A stretch of 64,000 nt of DNA from Mobula hypostoma (taxonomy: Eukaryota): NCBI RefSeq assembly GCF_963921235.1, contig NC_086108.1:55616001-55680000 (forward strand). Direction: 5' to 3'. A model generated the notes under the pieces. That model was not told where the DNA came from. It was given only the letters and a program-made list of their open reading frames with translations, and did no database searches. The stretch's first letter is position 1. The number at the start of each line of letters is the position of its first letter. A program made the position numbers and the translations under genes. This document shows positions 34,305-46,102 of this stretch, piece by piece.

Positions 34305-36726
34305 GAACCATAGAACCATAGAACCATAGAAACTACAGCACAGAAACAGGCCCTTTGGCCCTTCTTGGCTGTGCCGAACCATTTTCTGCCTAGTCCCACT
34401 GACCTGCACACGGACCATATCCCTCCATACACCTCCCATCCATGTATCTGTCCAATTTATTCTTAAATGTTAAAAAAGAACCCGCATTTACCACCTCGTC
34501 TGGCAGCTCATTCCATACTCCCACCACTCTCTTTGTGAAGAAGCCCCCCCTAATGTTCCCTTTAAACTTTTTCCCCCTCACCCTTAACCCATGTCTTCTG
34601 GTTTTTCTCTCCCCTTGCCTCAGTGGAAAAAGCCTGCTTGCATTCACTCTATCTATACCCATCATAATTTTATATACCTCAATCAAATCTCCCCTCATTC
34701 TTCTAAGCTCCAGGGAATAAAGTCCTAACCTATTCAAACTTTCTCTGTAACTGAGTTTCTCAAGTCCCGGCAACATCCTTGTAAACCTTCTCTGCACTCT
34801 TTCAACTTTATTTATATCCTTCCTGTAATTTGGTGACCAAAACTGAACACAATACTCCAGATTCGGCCTCACCAATGCCTTATACAACCTCATCTTAACA
34901 TTCCAGCTCTTATACTCAATACTTCGATTAATAAAGGCCAATGTACCAAAAGCTCTCTTTACAACCCTATCTACCTGTGACGCCACTTTCAGGGAATTTT
35001 GTGTCTGTATTCCCAGATCCCTCTGTTCCAGTGCACTCCTCAGTGCCTTACCATTAACCCTGTATGTTCTACGTTGGTTTGTCCTTCCAACGTGCAATAC
35101 CTCACACTTGTCAGTATTAAACTCCATCTGCCATTTTTCAGCCCATTTTTCCAGCTGGTCCAAGTCCCTCTGCAGGCTCTGAAAACCTTCCTCACTGTCT
35201 ACTACACCTCCAATCTTTGTATCATCAGCAAACTTGCTGATCCAATTTACCACATTATCATCCAGATCATTGATATAGATGACAAATAACAATGGACCCA
35301 GCACTGATCCCTGTGGCACACCACTAGTCACAGGCCTCCACTCAGAGAAGCAATTCTCTACCACCACTCTCTGGCTTCTTCCATCGAGCCAATGTCTAAT
35401 CCAATTTACCACCTCTCCATGTATACCTCGCGACTGAATTTTCCTAACTAACCTCCCATGCGGGACCTTGTCAAAGACCTTACTGAAGTCCATGTAGACA
35501 ATATCCATTGCCTTCCCTTCATCCACTTTCCTGGTAACCTCCTCGAAAAATTCCAATAGATTGGTCAAACATGACCTACCACGCACAAAGCCATGTTGAC
35601 TCTCCCTAATAAGCCCCTGTCTATCCAAATGCTTGTAGATTCTGTCTCTTAGTACTCCCTCCAATAACTTACCTACTACTGACGTTAAACTCACCGGCCT
35701 ATAATTTCCCGGATTACTTTTCGATCCTTTTTTAAACAACGGATCAACATGAGCCACTCTCCAATCCTCCGGCACTTCACCTGTAGACAGCGACATTTTA
35801 AATATTTCTGCCAGGGCCCCCGCAATTTCAACACTAGTCTCCTTCAAGGTCCAAGGGAACACTCTGTCAAGTCCCAGGGATTTATCCACTTTAATTTTCC
35901 TCAAGACAGCAAGCACCTCCTCCTTTTCAATCTGTACAGTTTCCATAGTCTCACTACTTGATTCCCTCAATTCCATAGATTTCATGCCAGCTTCCTTAGT
36001 AAATACAGACGCAAAAAACCTATTTAAGATCTCCCCCATTTCCTTTGGTTCTGCACAAAGCCAACCACTCTGATCTTCAAGAGGACCAATTTTATCCCTT
36101 ACAATCCTTTTGCTCTTAATATACTTGTAAAAGCTCTTTGGATTATCCTTCACTTTGACTGCCAAGGCAACCTCATGTCTTCTTTTAGCCCTCCTGATTT
36201 CTTTCTTAAGTATTTTCTTGCACTTCTTATACTCCTCAAGCACCTGATTTACCCCCTGTTTCCTATACATTTCATACAACTCTCTCTTCTTCTTTATCAG
36301 AGTTGCAATATCCCTTGAGAACCAAGGTTCCTTATTCCTATTCAATTTGCCTTTAATCCTGACAGGAACATACAAACTCTGCACTCTCAAAATTTCCCCT
36401 TTGAAGGCTTCCCACCTACCAATCACATCTTTGTCAGAGAACAATCTGTCCCAATCCACGCTTTTTAGATCCTTTCTCATTTCTTCAAATTTGGCCTTCT
36501 TCCAGTTCAGAACCTCAACCCTAGGACCAGATCTATCCTTATCCATGATCAAATTGAAACTAATGGTGTTATGATCACTGGAACCAAAGTGCTCCCCTAC
36601 ACAGACTTCTGTCACTTGCCCTAATTCGTTTCCTAACAGGAGATCCAATATTGCATCCCCTCTAGTTGGTCCCTCTATATATTGATTTAGAAAACTTTCC
36701 TGAACACATTTTACAAACTCTAAACC
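34305..36726 (-). mobile_element. Young 5'-truncated CR1 LINE
   Basis: Uninterrupted ORF2 frame. 3' hairpin and (ccatagaa)n octamer tail at 34305-34332. Confidence 0.97.
34390..36726 (-). CDS. CR1 ORF2 (C-terminal APE part plus complete RT and C-terminal domain), N-terminally truncated
   Basis: 785-aa ORF: PTRGDAILDL, GSSDHN, NYRPVSLTS, QHGF, YMDFSKVFDKVPH, SGVPQGSVLGP, FADDTK. Confidence 0.9.
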   Translation of the reverse strand, partial: GLEFVKCVQESFLNQYIEGPTRGDAILDLLLGNELGQVTEVCVGEHFGSSDHNTISFNLIMDKDRSGPRVEVLNWKKAKFEEMRKDLKSVDWDRLFSDKDVIGRWEAFKGEILRVQSLYVPVRIKGKLNRNKEPWFSRDIATLIKKKRELYEMYRKQGVNQVLEEYKKCKKILKKEIRRAKRRHEVALAVKVKDNPKSFYKYIKSKRIVRDKIGPLEDQSGWLCAEPKEMGEILNRFFASVFTKEAGMKSMELRESSSETMETVQIEKEEVLAVLRKIKVDKSLGLDRVFPWTLKETSVEIAGALAEIFKMSLSTGEVPEDWRVAHVDPLFKKGSKSNPGNYRPVSLTSVVGKLLEGVLRDRIYKHLDRQGLIRESQHGFVRGRSCLTNLLEFFEEVTRKVDEGKAMDIVYMDFSKVFDKVPHGRLVRKIQSRGIHGEVVNWIRHWLDGRSQRVVVENCFSEWRPVTSGVPQGSVLGPLLFVIYINDLDDNVVNWISKFADDTKIGGVVDSEEGFQSLQRDLDQLEKWAEKWQMEFNTDKCEVLHVGRTNQRRTYRVNGKALRSALEQRDLGIQTQNSLKVASQVDRVVKRAFGTLAFINRSIEYKSWNVKMRLYKALVRPNLEYCVQFWSPNYRKDINKVERVQRRFTRMLPGLEKLSYRESLNRLGLYSLELRRMRGDLIEVYKIMMGIDRVNASRLFPLRQGERKTRRHGLRVRGKKFKGNIRGGFFTKRVVGVWNELPDEVVNAGSFLTFKNKLDRYMDGRCMEGYGPCAGQWD

Positions 36727-37164
36727 AGAGAGTGGCCTTTCTCTCAATCTTGAGAGACAAAACTGCGTACATCATTTCAACTTTTTAGCTGCTTTCTGAG
36801 CCTTGATATCTTTGTTTCCATGTTGTTACTTCCCTTTGATACTTTATTTGTCAGTTTTACTTGCATATATTAAGACATTTTTGCCAAACACCTTACGAAA
36901 CCTCACACTCAGGGGGACATGCCCAGCAGCCAGGGTTATGCCCTGTAACTATATACCCAATAAAAGTCACTCAGTGAGTGGATTTGTTAGTTCCATGTGT
37001 GTATCTTTACTGCTGCTCAGATGCCAGCATTTTGGGTCCAGAAACAATCATTGCATTCCTTCTCTCAATTACTGAGGAGCCATCAGTGTATAGAATCAAA
37101 TCTTTGGCAGAGAAGTCTTCTCTTCTCCTTGAATTAATACTGTGACCACGTGTTTCTTGTTGAC

Positions 37165-39440
37165 ATGTAAGACCATAAGATGTTGGAGCAGAAATAGGCC
37201 ATTTGGCCCATTGATTCTCCTCTGCCATTCAGTCATGGCTGATCCTTTTTTCCCCTCCTCTACCCCATTCCCTGGCTTCTCCCTGTAGCCTTTGATGCCG
37301 TGTACAATCAACAACCTATCAATTCCTGCCTTAAATATACCCAATGACCTGGCCTCCACAGCTGCCTGTGGTTACAAATTCGCCACCTTCTGGCTAAAGA
37401 AATGTTTCTGCATCTCTGATTTAAATGGACTCCCCTCTATCTTGAGGCTGTCCCCTCTTGTCCTAGACTCTCCCACCATGGGAAACATCTTTTCCACTAC
37501 TCTTTCTCTGCTCTCTCTAGGCCTTTTAAGATTCAAAGGTTTCAATGAGATCCCCCCTCATCCTTCTAACTTCCAGCAAGAACAGACCCAGAGCTATCAA
37601 ACGTTCCTCATATGGTCACCATTTCATTCCCAGAATCATCCTTGCGAACATCCTCTGAACCCTCTCCAAAGTCAGCACACCTTTTCTAAGATGAGGAGCC
37701 TAAAACTGTTCACGATACTCAAGGTGAGGCCTCACCTGAAGCCTTATAAAGCCTCAGCATCACATCCCTGCTCTAGTATTCTAGACTTCTTGAAATGAAT
37801 GCTAACATCGCATTTGCCATTCTCACCACTGACTACAAGTTAACCTTTGATGATGATTTTGAGGACACGCAGTCCTCTTTTATTGTCATTTAGTAATGCG
37901 TGCATTAAGAAATGATACAATGTTTTTCCAGAATGATATCACGGAAACACATGACAAAATGACTTAAAAACTAACAAAACTACATAATTATAACATATAA
38001 TTATGACGGTGCAAAGCAATACTGTAGTTTGATAAGAACAGACCATGGCACGGTAAAAGTCTCAAAGTCTGTTGAAAGTCCCATCATCTCACGCAGATGG
38101 TGAACCTCCAGTGCCGCCAAATTGCCGATGCAGCATCCTGGAAGCATCCGACCACAGTCCGACTCCGAGTCCATCCGAAAACTCCGAGCCTCCGACCAGC
38201 TCTCCGACACCGAGCACCACCTCTGCTGAGAGCTTCGACCCCAGCCCTGGCAATAGGCAAAGCCGCGGATTTGGGGCCTTCCTCTCCGGAGATTCTTGAT
38301 TGCACAGTAGCAGCAGCAGCGAAGCAGGCATTTCAGAAGTTACTCCAGGTGTTCCTCCGTGCTTCTCATGGCTGTCTTCATCAAATCCGAATTGTGCATG
38401 GCCCCCTAGTTACACATACGATATTCATTCGGAACAGCCGTGTGCGTTGCGTCACGCCGCCATCTTCTCCTCCATCTTCTCCTCCCTCCTTTAGGGTGTT
38501 CTGCACAAGGACTCCCAAGTCCTTTTGGATCTCTGATTTTTGGAATTTCTCCCTATTTAGAAAATAGTCGGCACATTTACTTCTACTACCAAACTGCACG
38601 AGCATGCATTTTTCTACATTGTATTTCATTTGCCACTTTCATTCTCCTAATCTGTCTAAGTCCTTCTGCTTCCTACCTGCTTCCTCAACACTACCTGCTC
38701 TCCACCAATCTTGGTATGATCTGCAAACTTGACAACAAAACCATCTTTTCCATCATGTAAATCATCGATATACAGCATAAAAAGAAGTGGTCCCAACACC
38801 AACCCCTGCAGAACACCACTAGTCACTGGCAGCCAACCAGAAAAGGATTCTTATTCCCACTTACTGCCTCCTACCAATCAGCCAAGCTCTTACCATGTTA
38901 GTAACTTTCCTGTGATACCATGGGCTCTTAACTTGTTAAGCAGCCTCATGTGTGGCACCTTGTCCAAGGCCTTCTGAAAGTCCAAATATATAATGTCTAC
39001 TGCCTCCCCTTTATCTATTATACTTGTAATCTCCTCAAAGAATTCCAACAGGTTTGTCAAGCACGATTTTCCCTGAAGGAAACCATGCTGACATTGTCCT
39101 GGCTTGTCCTGTGTTGTTAAGTACTCCATAACCTCATCCTTAACAACTGACTCCATCATCTTCCCAACAACTAAGGTCAGGCTAACTGGTCTATAATTTC
39201 CTTTCTGCTGCCTTCCACCCTTCATAAAGAGTGGAGTGACATTTGCAGTTTTCCAGTCCTCTGGCACTATGCCAGAGTCCAATGATTTTTGAAAGATTAT
39301 TGCTAATACCTCCATAATTTCTACTGCTACCTCTTTCAGAGCCCTAAGATGCAGTTCATCTGGTCCGGGTGACTTATGTACCCTTAGCTCTTTCAGCTTA
39401 TTCAGCACCTTCTCCTTTGTAAAAGTAACTGCTCTCACTT
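37165..39440 (-). mobile_element. CR1 ORF2 3' part, interrupted at 37849-38487
   Basis: KSPGPDELH, NYRPVSLT, YLDFQKALDKVPH. taagaccataag tail at 37168. Confidence 0.92.
37849..38487 (-). mobile_element. Complete non-autonomous LINE-derived element (about 640 bp) inserted in CR1
   Basis: ccttt duplicated at 37844-37848 and 38488-38492. 5' end ggagaagatggcggcg. 3' end aataaaa-gaggac(tgcgt)gtcctc hairpin-(atc)n. CpG-rich body with no RT. Confidence 0.75.
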
Positions 39441-40671
39441 CTATATAGGGTGATTTGCCCAGTTTAACAGGGATTCTTAATGCAAGTGCTATATACAATC
39501 TTACCTTTAAAGTCTAAAACACTTTCAGTTGTTCTTCATTAGGTCACAGGGTTGTCAGAGCATTTCTTGACCTTCAGCAGATTGTTAAGCGGTTGAGCAA
39601 TAGTCAATTGATCTGCTACTAGCTTGTCAATACATTAGTTAGCAATAATTTCATCTGACATAGCTGTCAATCTTTTTTATTTCATCACTATCATTCTCAC
39701 ATGAATCACTAGGGGCCGCTGTAGAGACCTTCTACTGTTCATCCTGGATTTCTTTGAAGTTCAGATGGTGGCGCTGTTTCTGGAGTCTTGTAATGCTCCC
39801 GAGTACGGATGGTGGCACTATATAATGAGACTATTCAATGTGAGCTGCAATTCGTCAGGCAGAGCTCCGGAATTAGGTGTTCCCCAGGGCGGAGCACCAG
39901 CAGTAGCATTTCAAACAGACCACCCACTTGAGGTCTCAGTGGTGCGTTTCCATTTTCTTTTAGTTTGCTTTGAAACTTCATACAATGCATATTCATTGAA
40001 CTACAATGTTCTTTTGCTCACTTATTTAATGCAGAAGTTTCCTCTTTAGACTCTTTAAGCTGTTTTCGTAGTTTATCACATTTTTGGCATTTCTTTTGAT
40101 TAGTCAGACTATTCGCATCGTTAGTTTTCAATCACTCACACATATTACTAAGCTTGTTTTTAATCTTTCCATTCATTCTTTCTACTAAGCCTGCTGCCTG
40201 AGGATGGTAGCTGTAATGGAAATGTTGGTCATGCTGTAAGGCCTTATATACTTCCTTTATTACCTTCCCAGTAAAGTGGTAAACATTTAGCTACTGTAAT
40301 TGCATCATTCTTTCTACAAGGAAATGCTTCACCCCTTCATGAAAAAACATCAATGATGGCCGATGTATATTTATATCCTTCACACGAAAGTAATTCTATG
40401 AAATCCATCTGTACGGTCCATCAGAGGGCAGTGTATCAGACCCTTCCACTCACTAGTTTTCCTGGATTTTGTAAAACCTGTATCATGCATTGTTCACAAA
40501 CTTGAGCTTGCAATAAGCCAGGGGCATACTATATTTGATTTTTACATTCTAACAATACCCTTTATAGCCTCCAGGTAAAGAAGGAACTGTGCCCCACAGG
40601 GTGGTGGAGCATTTGGGTTGACGGTCGCTATATACAGCTCAACTAGAGTCATAGAAAAGTACAGCACAGAA

Positions 40672-40880
40672 GCAACACAAAATGCTGGAGGAACTCAGCA
40701 GGCCAGGCAGCATCAACCGAAAAGAGCACAGTCCACTTTTTGGGCTGAGACCCTTCAGCAGGATGGGTCTCAGCTCGATAAATGTACTGTACTCTTTTCC
40801 ATAGATGCTGCCTGGCCTGCTGAGTTCCTCCAGCATTTTGTGTGTGTTGTTTGATTTCCAGCATCTGCAGATTTTGTTTT
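40672..40880. repeat. Fold-back (palindromic) Penelope terminal remnant
   Basis: About 39-bp perfect inverted arms cacaaaatgctggaggaactcagcaggccaggcagcatc / gatgctgcctggcctgctgagttcctccagcattttgtg, with an inner gggctgagaccc/gggtctcagctc pair. Confidence 0.85.
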
Positions 40881-40884
40881 GTTT

Positions 40885-41330
40885 GTGGTCAGTAGGTGTA
40901 GGAGTAGACCATTCGGCCCTTCGAGCCAGCACCACCATTCACTGTGATCATGGCTGATCATCCACAATCAGTATCCAGTTCCTGCCTTATCCCCATAACC
41001 TTTGATTCCGCTATCTTTAGAGCTCTATCCATCTCTTTCTTGAAAGCATCCAGAGACTTGGCCTCCACAGCCTTCTGGGGCAGAGCATTCCATATATCCA
41101 CCACTCTTTGGGTGAAAAAGTTTTTCCTCAGCTCTGTTCTACATGGGGCTACCCCTTATTCTTAAACTGTGGCTTCTGGTTCTGGACTCACCCATCAGCG
41201 GGAACATGCTTCCTGCCTGCAGCTTGTCTAATCCCTTAATAATCTTATATGTTTCAATAAGATCCCCTCTCAGCCTTCTAAATTCCAGAGTATACAAGCC
41301 CAGTCGCTCCAATCTTTCGACATATGACAG
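40885..41330 (-). mobile_element. CR1 3' fragment (different subfamily) nested in CR1
   Basis: ggagtagaccattcggcccttcgagcc 3' hairpin and ORF2 C-terminal sequence. Confidence 0.8.
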
Positions 41331-41515
41331 TCCCCTTGGCCCTTTGGTTCATCTAGTCCATGCCAGACCATTTAAACTGCTTAACCCTTTGACCTGCACC
41401 CAGACCATAGCCCTCTATACCCCTGATATCCATGTATCTAACCAAATTTCTCTTAAGCATTGAAATCAAGCTCGCATGCTCACTCCACACTCTCATGACC
41501 CTCTACGTGAAGAAG

Positions 41516-42220
41516 TTCAGATTCAGAATCAGGTTTATTATCACCGGCGTGTTTTGTGAAATTTGTTAACTTAGTGCAGCAGTTCAATGCAAAACATAAT
41601 ATAGAAGAAAAATAATAATAATAAACAAATAGATCTTATTCAGTATGCTTTATACAGTATACGTATATTGAATAGATTAACAATTGTGCAAAAAGCAGAA
41701 ATACTATATATAAAAAAAAGTGAGGTAGTGTCCAAGGGTTCAATGTCGATTTAGGAATTGGATGGCAGAGAGGAACAAGCTGTTTTTGAATCACTGAGTG
41801 TGTGCCTTCAGGCTTCTGTACCTCCTACCTGATGGTAACAGTGAGAAAAGGGCATACCCTGGGTGCTGGAGGTCCTTAATAATGGACGCTGCCTTTCTGA
41901 GACACCGCTCCTTGAAGATGTCGTGGGTACTTTGTAGGCTAGTACCCAAGATGGAGCTGACTAGATTTACAACCCTCTGCAGCTTCTTTCAGTCCTGTGC
42001 AGTAGCCCCTCCATACCAGACAGTGATGTAGCCAGTCAAAATGCTCTCCACAGTACATCTATAGAAGTTTCTGAGTGTATTTGTTGACATGCCAAATCTC
42101 TTCAAACTCCTAATAAAGTATAGCCGCTGTCTTGCCTTCTTTATAACTGCATCAATATGTTGGGACCAGGTTAGATCCTCAGAGATCTTGACACCGAGGA
42201 ACTTGAAACTGCTTACTCTC
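41516..42220 (-). mobile_element. Rex-Babar LINE 3' fragment
   Basis: ttcagattcagaatcaggtttatta tail. Same family as 1472-1812. Confidence 0.8.
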
Positions 42221-43074
42221 TCATGTTCTCCTTAAACTTCCCACCTTTCACCCTTAACCCATGACCTCTCGTTGTAGTCTCACCCAAACTCAGTGGAAAA
42301 AGCCTGCTTGCATTTATCCTATCTATACTTTTGATAACTTTGTATAACTCTATCAAATCTCCCTTCAATCTTCTATGTTCCAAGGAATAAAATCCTAACC
42401 TACTCAATCTTTCTTTATAACTCAGGTCCTCCAGTCCCAGCAACATGCTTGTAAATTTTCTCTGTACTTCCTAAACCTTACTTATATCTTTCTTGTAGGC
42501 AGCTGACCAAAACTGCATACTACAATGACTCTCACAGCTATCTGGACTATTCCTCTTCTCACCCTGTCTCTTGCAAAAACGCCATCCCCTTCTCACAATT
42601 CCTCCGTCTCCACCGCATCTGCTCTCAGGATGAGGCTTTTCATTCTAGGACGAGGGAGATGTCTTCATTTCTTAAAGAAAGGGGCTTCCCTTCCTCCACT
42701 ATCAACTCTGCTCTTAAACGCATCTCCTCCATTTCACGTACATCTGCTCTCACTCCATCCTCCCACCACCCCACTAGGAATAGGGTTCCCCTGGTCCTCA
42801 CCTACCACCCCACCAGCCTCCGGGTCCAACATATTATTCTCCGTAACTTCCGCCACCTCCAACGGGATCCCACCACTAAGCACATCTTTCCCTCCCCCCC
42901 CTCTCTGCATTCCGCAGGGATCGCTCCCTACACAACTCCCTTGTCCATTCGTCCCCCCCATCCCTCCCCACTGATCTCCCTCCTGGCACTTATCCGTGTA
43001 AGCGGAACAAGTGCTACACATGCCCTTACACTTCCTCCCTTACCACCATTCAGGGCCCCGAACAGTCCTTCCAG

Positions 43075-43401
43075 GTGAGGCATCACTTCACCTGTGAGTC
43101 GACTGGGGTGATATACTGCGGCCGGTGCTCCCGATGTGGCCTTTTATATATTGGTGAGACCCGACGCAGACTGGGAGACCACTTTGCTGAACATCTACGC
43201 TCTGTCCGCCAGAGAAAGCAGGATCTCCCAGTGGCCACACATTTTAATTCCACATCCCATTCCCATTCTGACATGTCTATCCATGGCCTCCTCTACTGTA
43301 AAGATGAAGCCACACTCAGGTTGGAGGAACAACACCTTATATTCCGTCTGGGTAGCCTCCAACCTGATGGCATGAACATTGACTTCTCTAACTTCCGCTA
43401 G
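43075..43401 (+). CDS. GIY-YIG endonuclease domain of the Penelope ORF (fragment)
   Basis: 108-aa open frame with GVIY/YIGET motifs and the C-terminal GMN. Confidence 0.85.
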   Translation: MRHHFTCESTGVIYCGRCSRCGLLYIGETRRRLGDHFAEHLRSVRQRKQDLPVATHFNSTSHSHSDMSIHGLLYCKDEATLRLEEQHLIFRLGSLQPDGMNIDFSNFR

Positions 43402-43692
43402 GCCCCACCTCCCCCTCGTACCCCAGCTGTTACTCATTTTTATGCACACATTCTTTCTCTCACTCTCCTTTTTCTCCCTCTGTCCCTCTGAATATACCTC
43501 TTGCCCATCCTCTGGGTCACCCCCCCCGTCTTTCTCCCTAGGCCTCCTGTCCCATGATCCTCTCGTATCCCCTTTTGCCTATCACCTGTCCAGCTCTCGG
43601 CTCTATCCCTCCCCCTCCTGCCTTCTCCTATCATTTTGCATCTCCCCCTCCCCCTCCAGCTTTCAAATCCCTTACTCACTCTTCCTTCAGTT

Positions 43693-43728
43693 AGTCCTGA
43701 CGAAGGGTCTCGGCCTGAAACGTCGACT
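43693..43728 (+). ncRNA. Minimal type-I hammerhead ribozyme (Penelope-associated, dimer-type)
   Basis: AGTC-CTGACGA-AGG(gtctcgg)CCT-GAAA-CG-TC-GACT: stem I AGUC/GACU, stem II AGG/CCU, palindromic ACGU stem III. Confidence 0.85.
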
Positions 43729-44709
43729 GCGCCTCTTCCTATAGATGCTGCTTGGCCTGCTGCGTTCACCAGCAACTTTGATGTATGTTGCTTGAATTTC
43801 CAGCATCTGCAGAATTCCTGTTGTTTACAATACTCCAAATCGGGCCTTACCAACACTCTATACAACTTCAACAAAACATCCCATCTCCTTACTCAATACT
43901 TTGATTTATGAAGGCCAATGTACCAAAAGCTTTTTTCATGACCCAATCTACCTGTGCCGACACTTTCAATGAATTGTGGATCTATTTTTCCAGATCCCTT
44001 TGTTCTACTGCACTCCTCAGTGTGTTACCGCTCACTGTGTAAGAACTACCCTGGTTGGTCCTACCAAAGTGCAACACCTCACACTTGTCTGCATTAAATG
44101 CCGTCTGCCATTTTCCAGCCCATTGTTCCAGCTGGTCCAGATCTCACTGCTTGCTTTGACTGTCTCCCTTGCTGTCCACTACACCTCCAATCTTGGTGTC
44201 ATCCACAAATTTGCTGATCCAGTTAACCACATTATATCCAGATAATTGATATCGATAGCAAACAACAACGGATCCAGCACTGATCCCTACAGCACACCAC
44301 TAGTCACTGGCCTCCAGTCAGAGAGGCAACCATCTACTACCACTCTCTGGCTTCTCCCACAATGCCAATGTCTAATCCAACTTACTACTTCATTCTGAAT
44401 GCTAAGCGACCGAACTTTCTTGACCAACCACCCATGCGGGACTTTGTCAAGTGCCTTGCTTAAGTCCACGCAAACAACATTCAGTACCTTGCCTTCATCT
44501 ACTTTCCTGATAAATTCCTCAAGAAACTTCATAGGATTGGTTAGACATGACCTGCCATGCCTGAAGTCATGTTGACTATCCTTAGTCAGTTCCTGTCTAC
44601 CAAAAATACTCATTTAGAATACTTTCCAATAACTTTCTGACTACTAATGTCAGTCTCACCAGCCCATAAGTTTTTGGTTTATTTTTAGTGCCTTTCTTAA
44701 ACAGCATCT

Positions 44710-45560
44710 TACCCATTTCATTTGGCTGGAGGGCCCAAAGTTGCAGTGGACCTTGGAGAGCAGAGGTTCCACATCAGCAATGAATGGAAACCGCCCTCCT
44801 ACAACTTCCTGTTCAAAGGTTGCCTCTGTTCCTAATGTACAAGAGAGCAATAAAGGAAAGCCCTTTCCTCCTTCCAAACACCACTGACTTCATCCAGTCA
44901 TTGACAAGACCTACCGACCTGGCATTCCTTGCAGACCATACCATTGGTCAAAGGTCCTTTGTTGCCCTACCTCTGGAACCTGCTAGACTTAGGTAAGGTT
45001 TCCTGTTCTGCTGATTTTGTATTATCCACTGAACCTTGTAGGCAAGCCATGATGCCCCCCCCCCCCGCAATACTAGAATCACGCACATTCATTTCAGAAG
45101 TGCATAGGACAAATTTTCTTACTGATATAGTGATCCACTTTCTACAGTGAAGATAACAGCAACACTCACTGAGTTTTAGATTTAAGCGGAATCTAGAGAA
45201 ATCTCTAGAGGCTTTCAAGGCACTTGCACAAAAATGTTTCCAACTCCTTGATAGGTGGGTAGTGAGTAACTGCCACTTAAACAACATTGGTTGACTACTA
45301 CTGAAATAATATAGTCCACCATGGCTCTCTGATATACAGATATTAAGTCCCTCAGGAATGCAGGTAATAGTAGCTCCCATTTTACAGAATAAATCTCTTC
45401 CACATAAGTTTACAGGCAGATCCGGAGAAAGGACAAAGGTATGATGTAAATCCTGATCCCCTATGCTAATCTCCATGGAGTATGATGTTCTTGGAGCCCT
45501 GAAATTTAACCTCATATAATTCAAACTTGGGGCCTAATGATACTCTCATTAATGTTTCCA
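44710..45560 (-). mobile_element. Endogenous retrovirus (class I/epsilon-like) pol fragment: protease C-half plus a 2H-phosphoesterase-like region
   Basis: HTFVLSPDLPVNLCGRDLFCKMGATITC (retroviral protease PVNLLGRD motif), then YLHC and, after a frameshift, PYLSLAGSRGRATKDL*PMV. Confidence 0.7.
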
Positions 45561-45714
45561 AGTGCATAATGCTAGGTTTGTGACACAAAACAATAGCTTT
45601 AAGTTTCTGAAGAGCTTTTTCTAAACCTGTCTCTGGATCAGGCAGTTCTACTATTGTGCGTTATTACCAATTTCTAGTCGCCCTTCCTCACCCTACTTGG
45701 TATATTTTCTCAAG

Positions 45715-45840
45715 CACGAGAAAATCTGCAGATGCTGGAAATCCAAAGCAACACACACAGAATACTGGAGGAACTCAACAGGTCAGGCAGCATCTATGGA
45801 AAAGAGTAAACAGTCAGTGTTTTGGGCCAAAACCCTCTTG
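45715..45840 (-). mobile_element. Penelope terminal remnant
   Basis: aaaatctgcagatgctggaaatccaaagcaacacacacagaatactggaggaactc...tttgggccaaaaccct. Confidence 0.8.
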
Positions 45841-46102
45841 CTCTTGATGTGTGTATAGAATGCCATGGGATTCTCTTTAACCCTAGTTGCCAAGGACTTG
45901 TCATGTCCCCTCCTGGCTTTCCTAATTCCCTTCTTGAGTTCTTTTCTGGCTTTTTTATAATCCTCAAGGACTCTGTTTGATTAAAGTTTCCTAAGCTTCG
46001 CATGCTTCTCCTCTTTCTTCTTGACTAAATTCATTACCTTCCTCGATATCCAAGGTTCTCTTACTTTGTCATCCAAGTCCTTCCTTCTGACTGGAACATA
46101 CC

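Larger units (their letters stand above)
42527..43825 (+). mobile_element. Penelope-like element (Neptune-type), 5'-truncated
   Basis: RT C-terminal region, Cys linker PGTYPCKRNKCYTCP, GIY-YIG domain VIYC..CSRCGLLYIGETRRRLGDHFAEH...LQPDGMN, terminal hammerhead. tacaat duplicated at 42521-42526 and 43826-43831. Confidence 0.92.

Noticed and set aside
38097..38567. 156-aa ORF and overlapping ORFs in a GC-rich stretch
   Set aside because: They lie within the non-autonomous element and run into CR1. Open frames are expected from the GC content.
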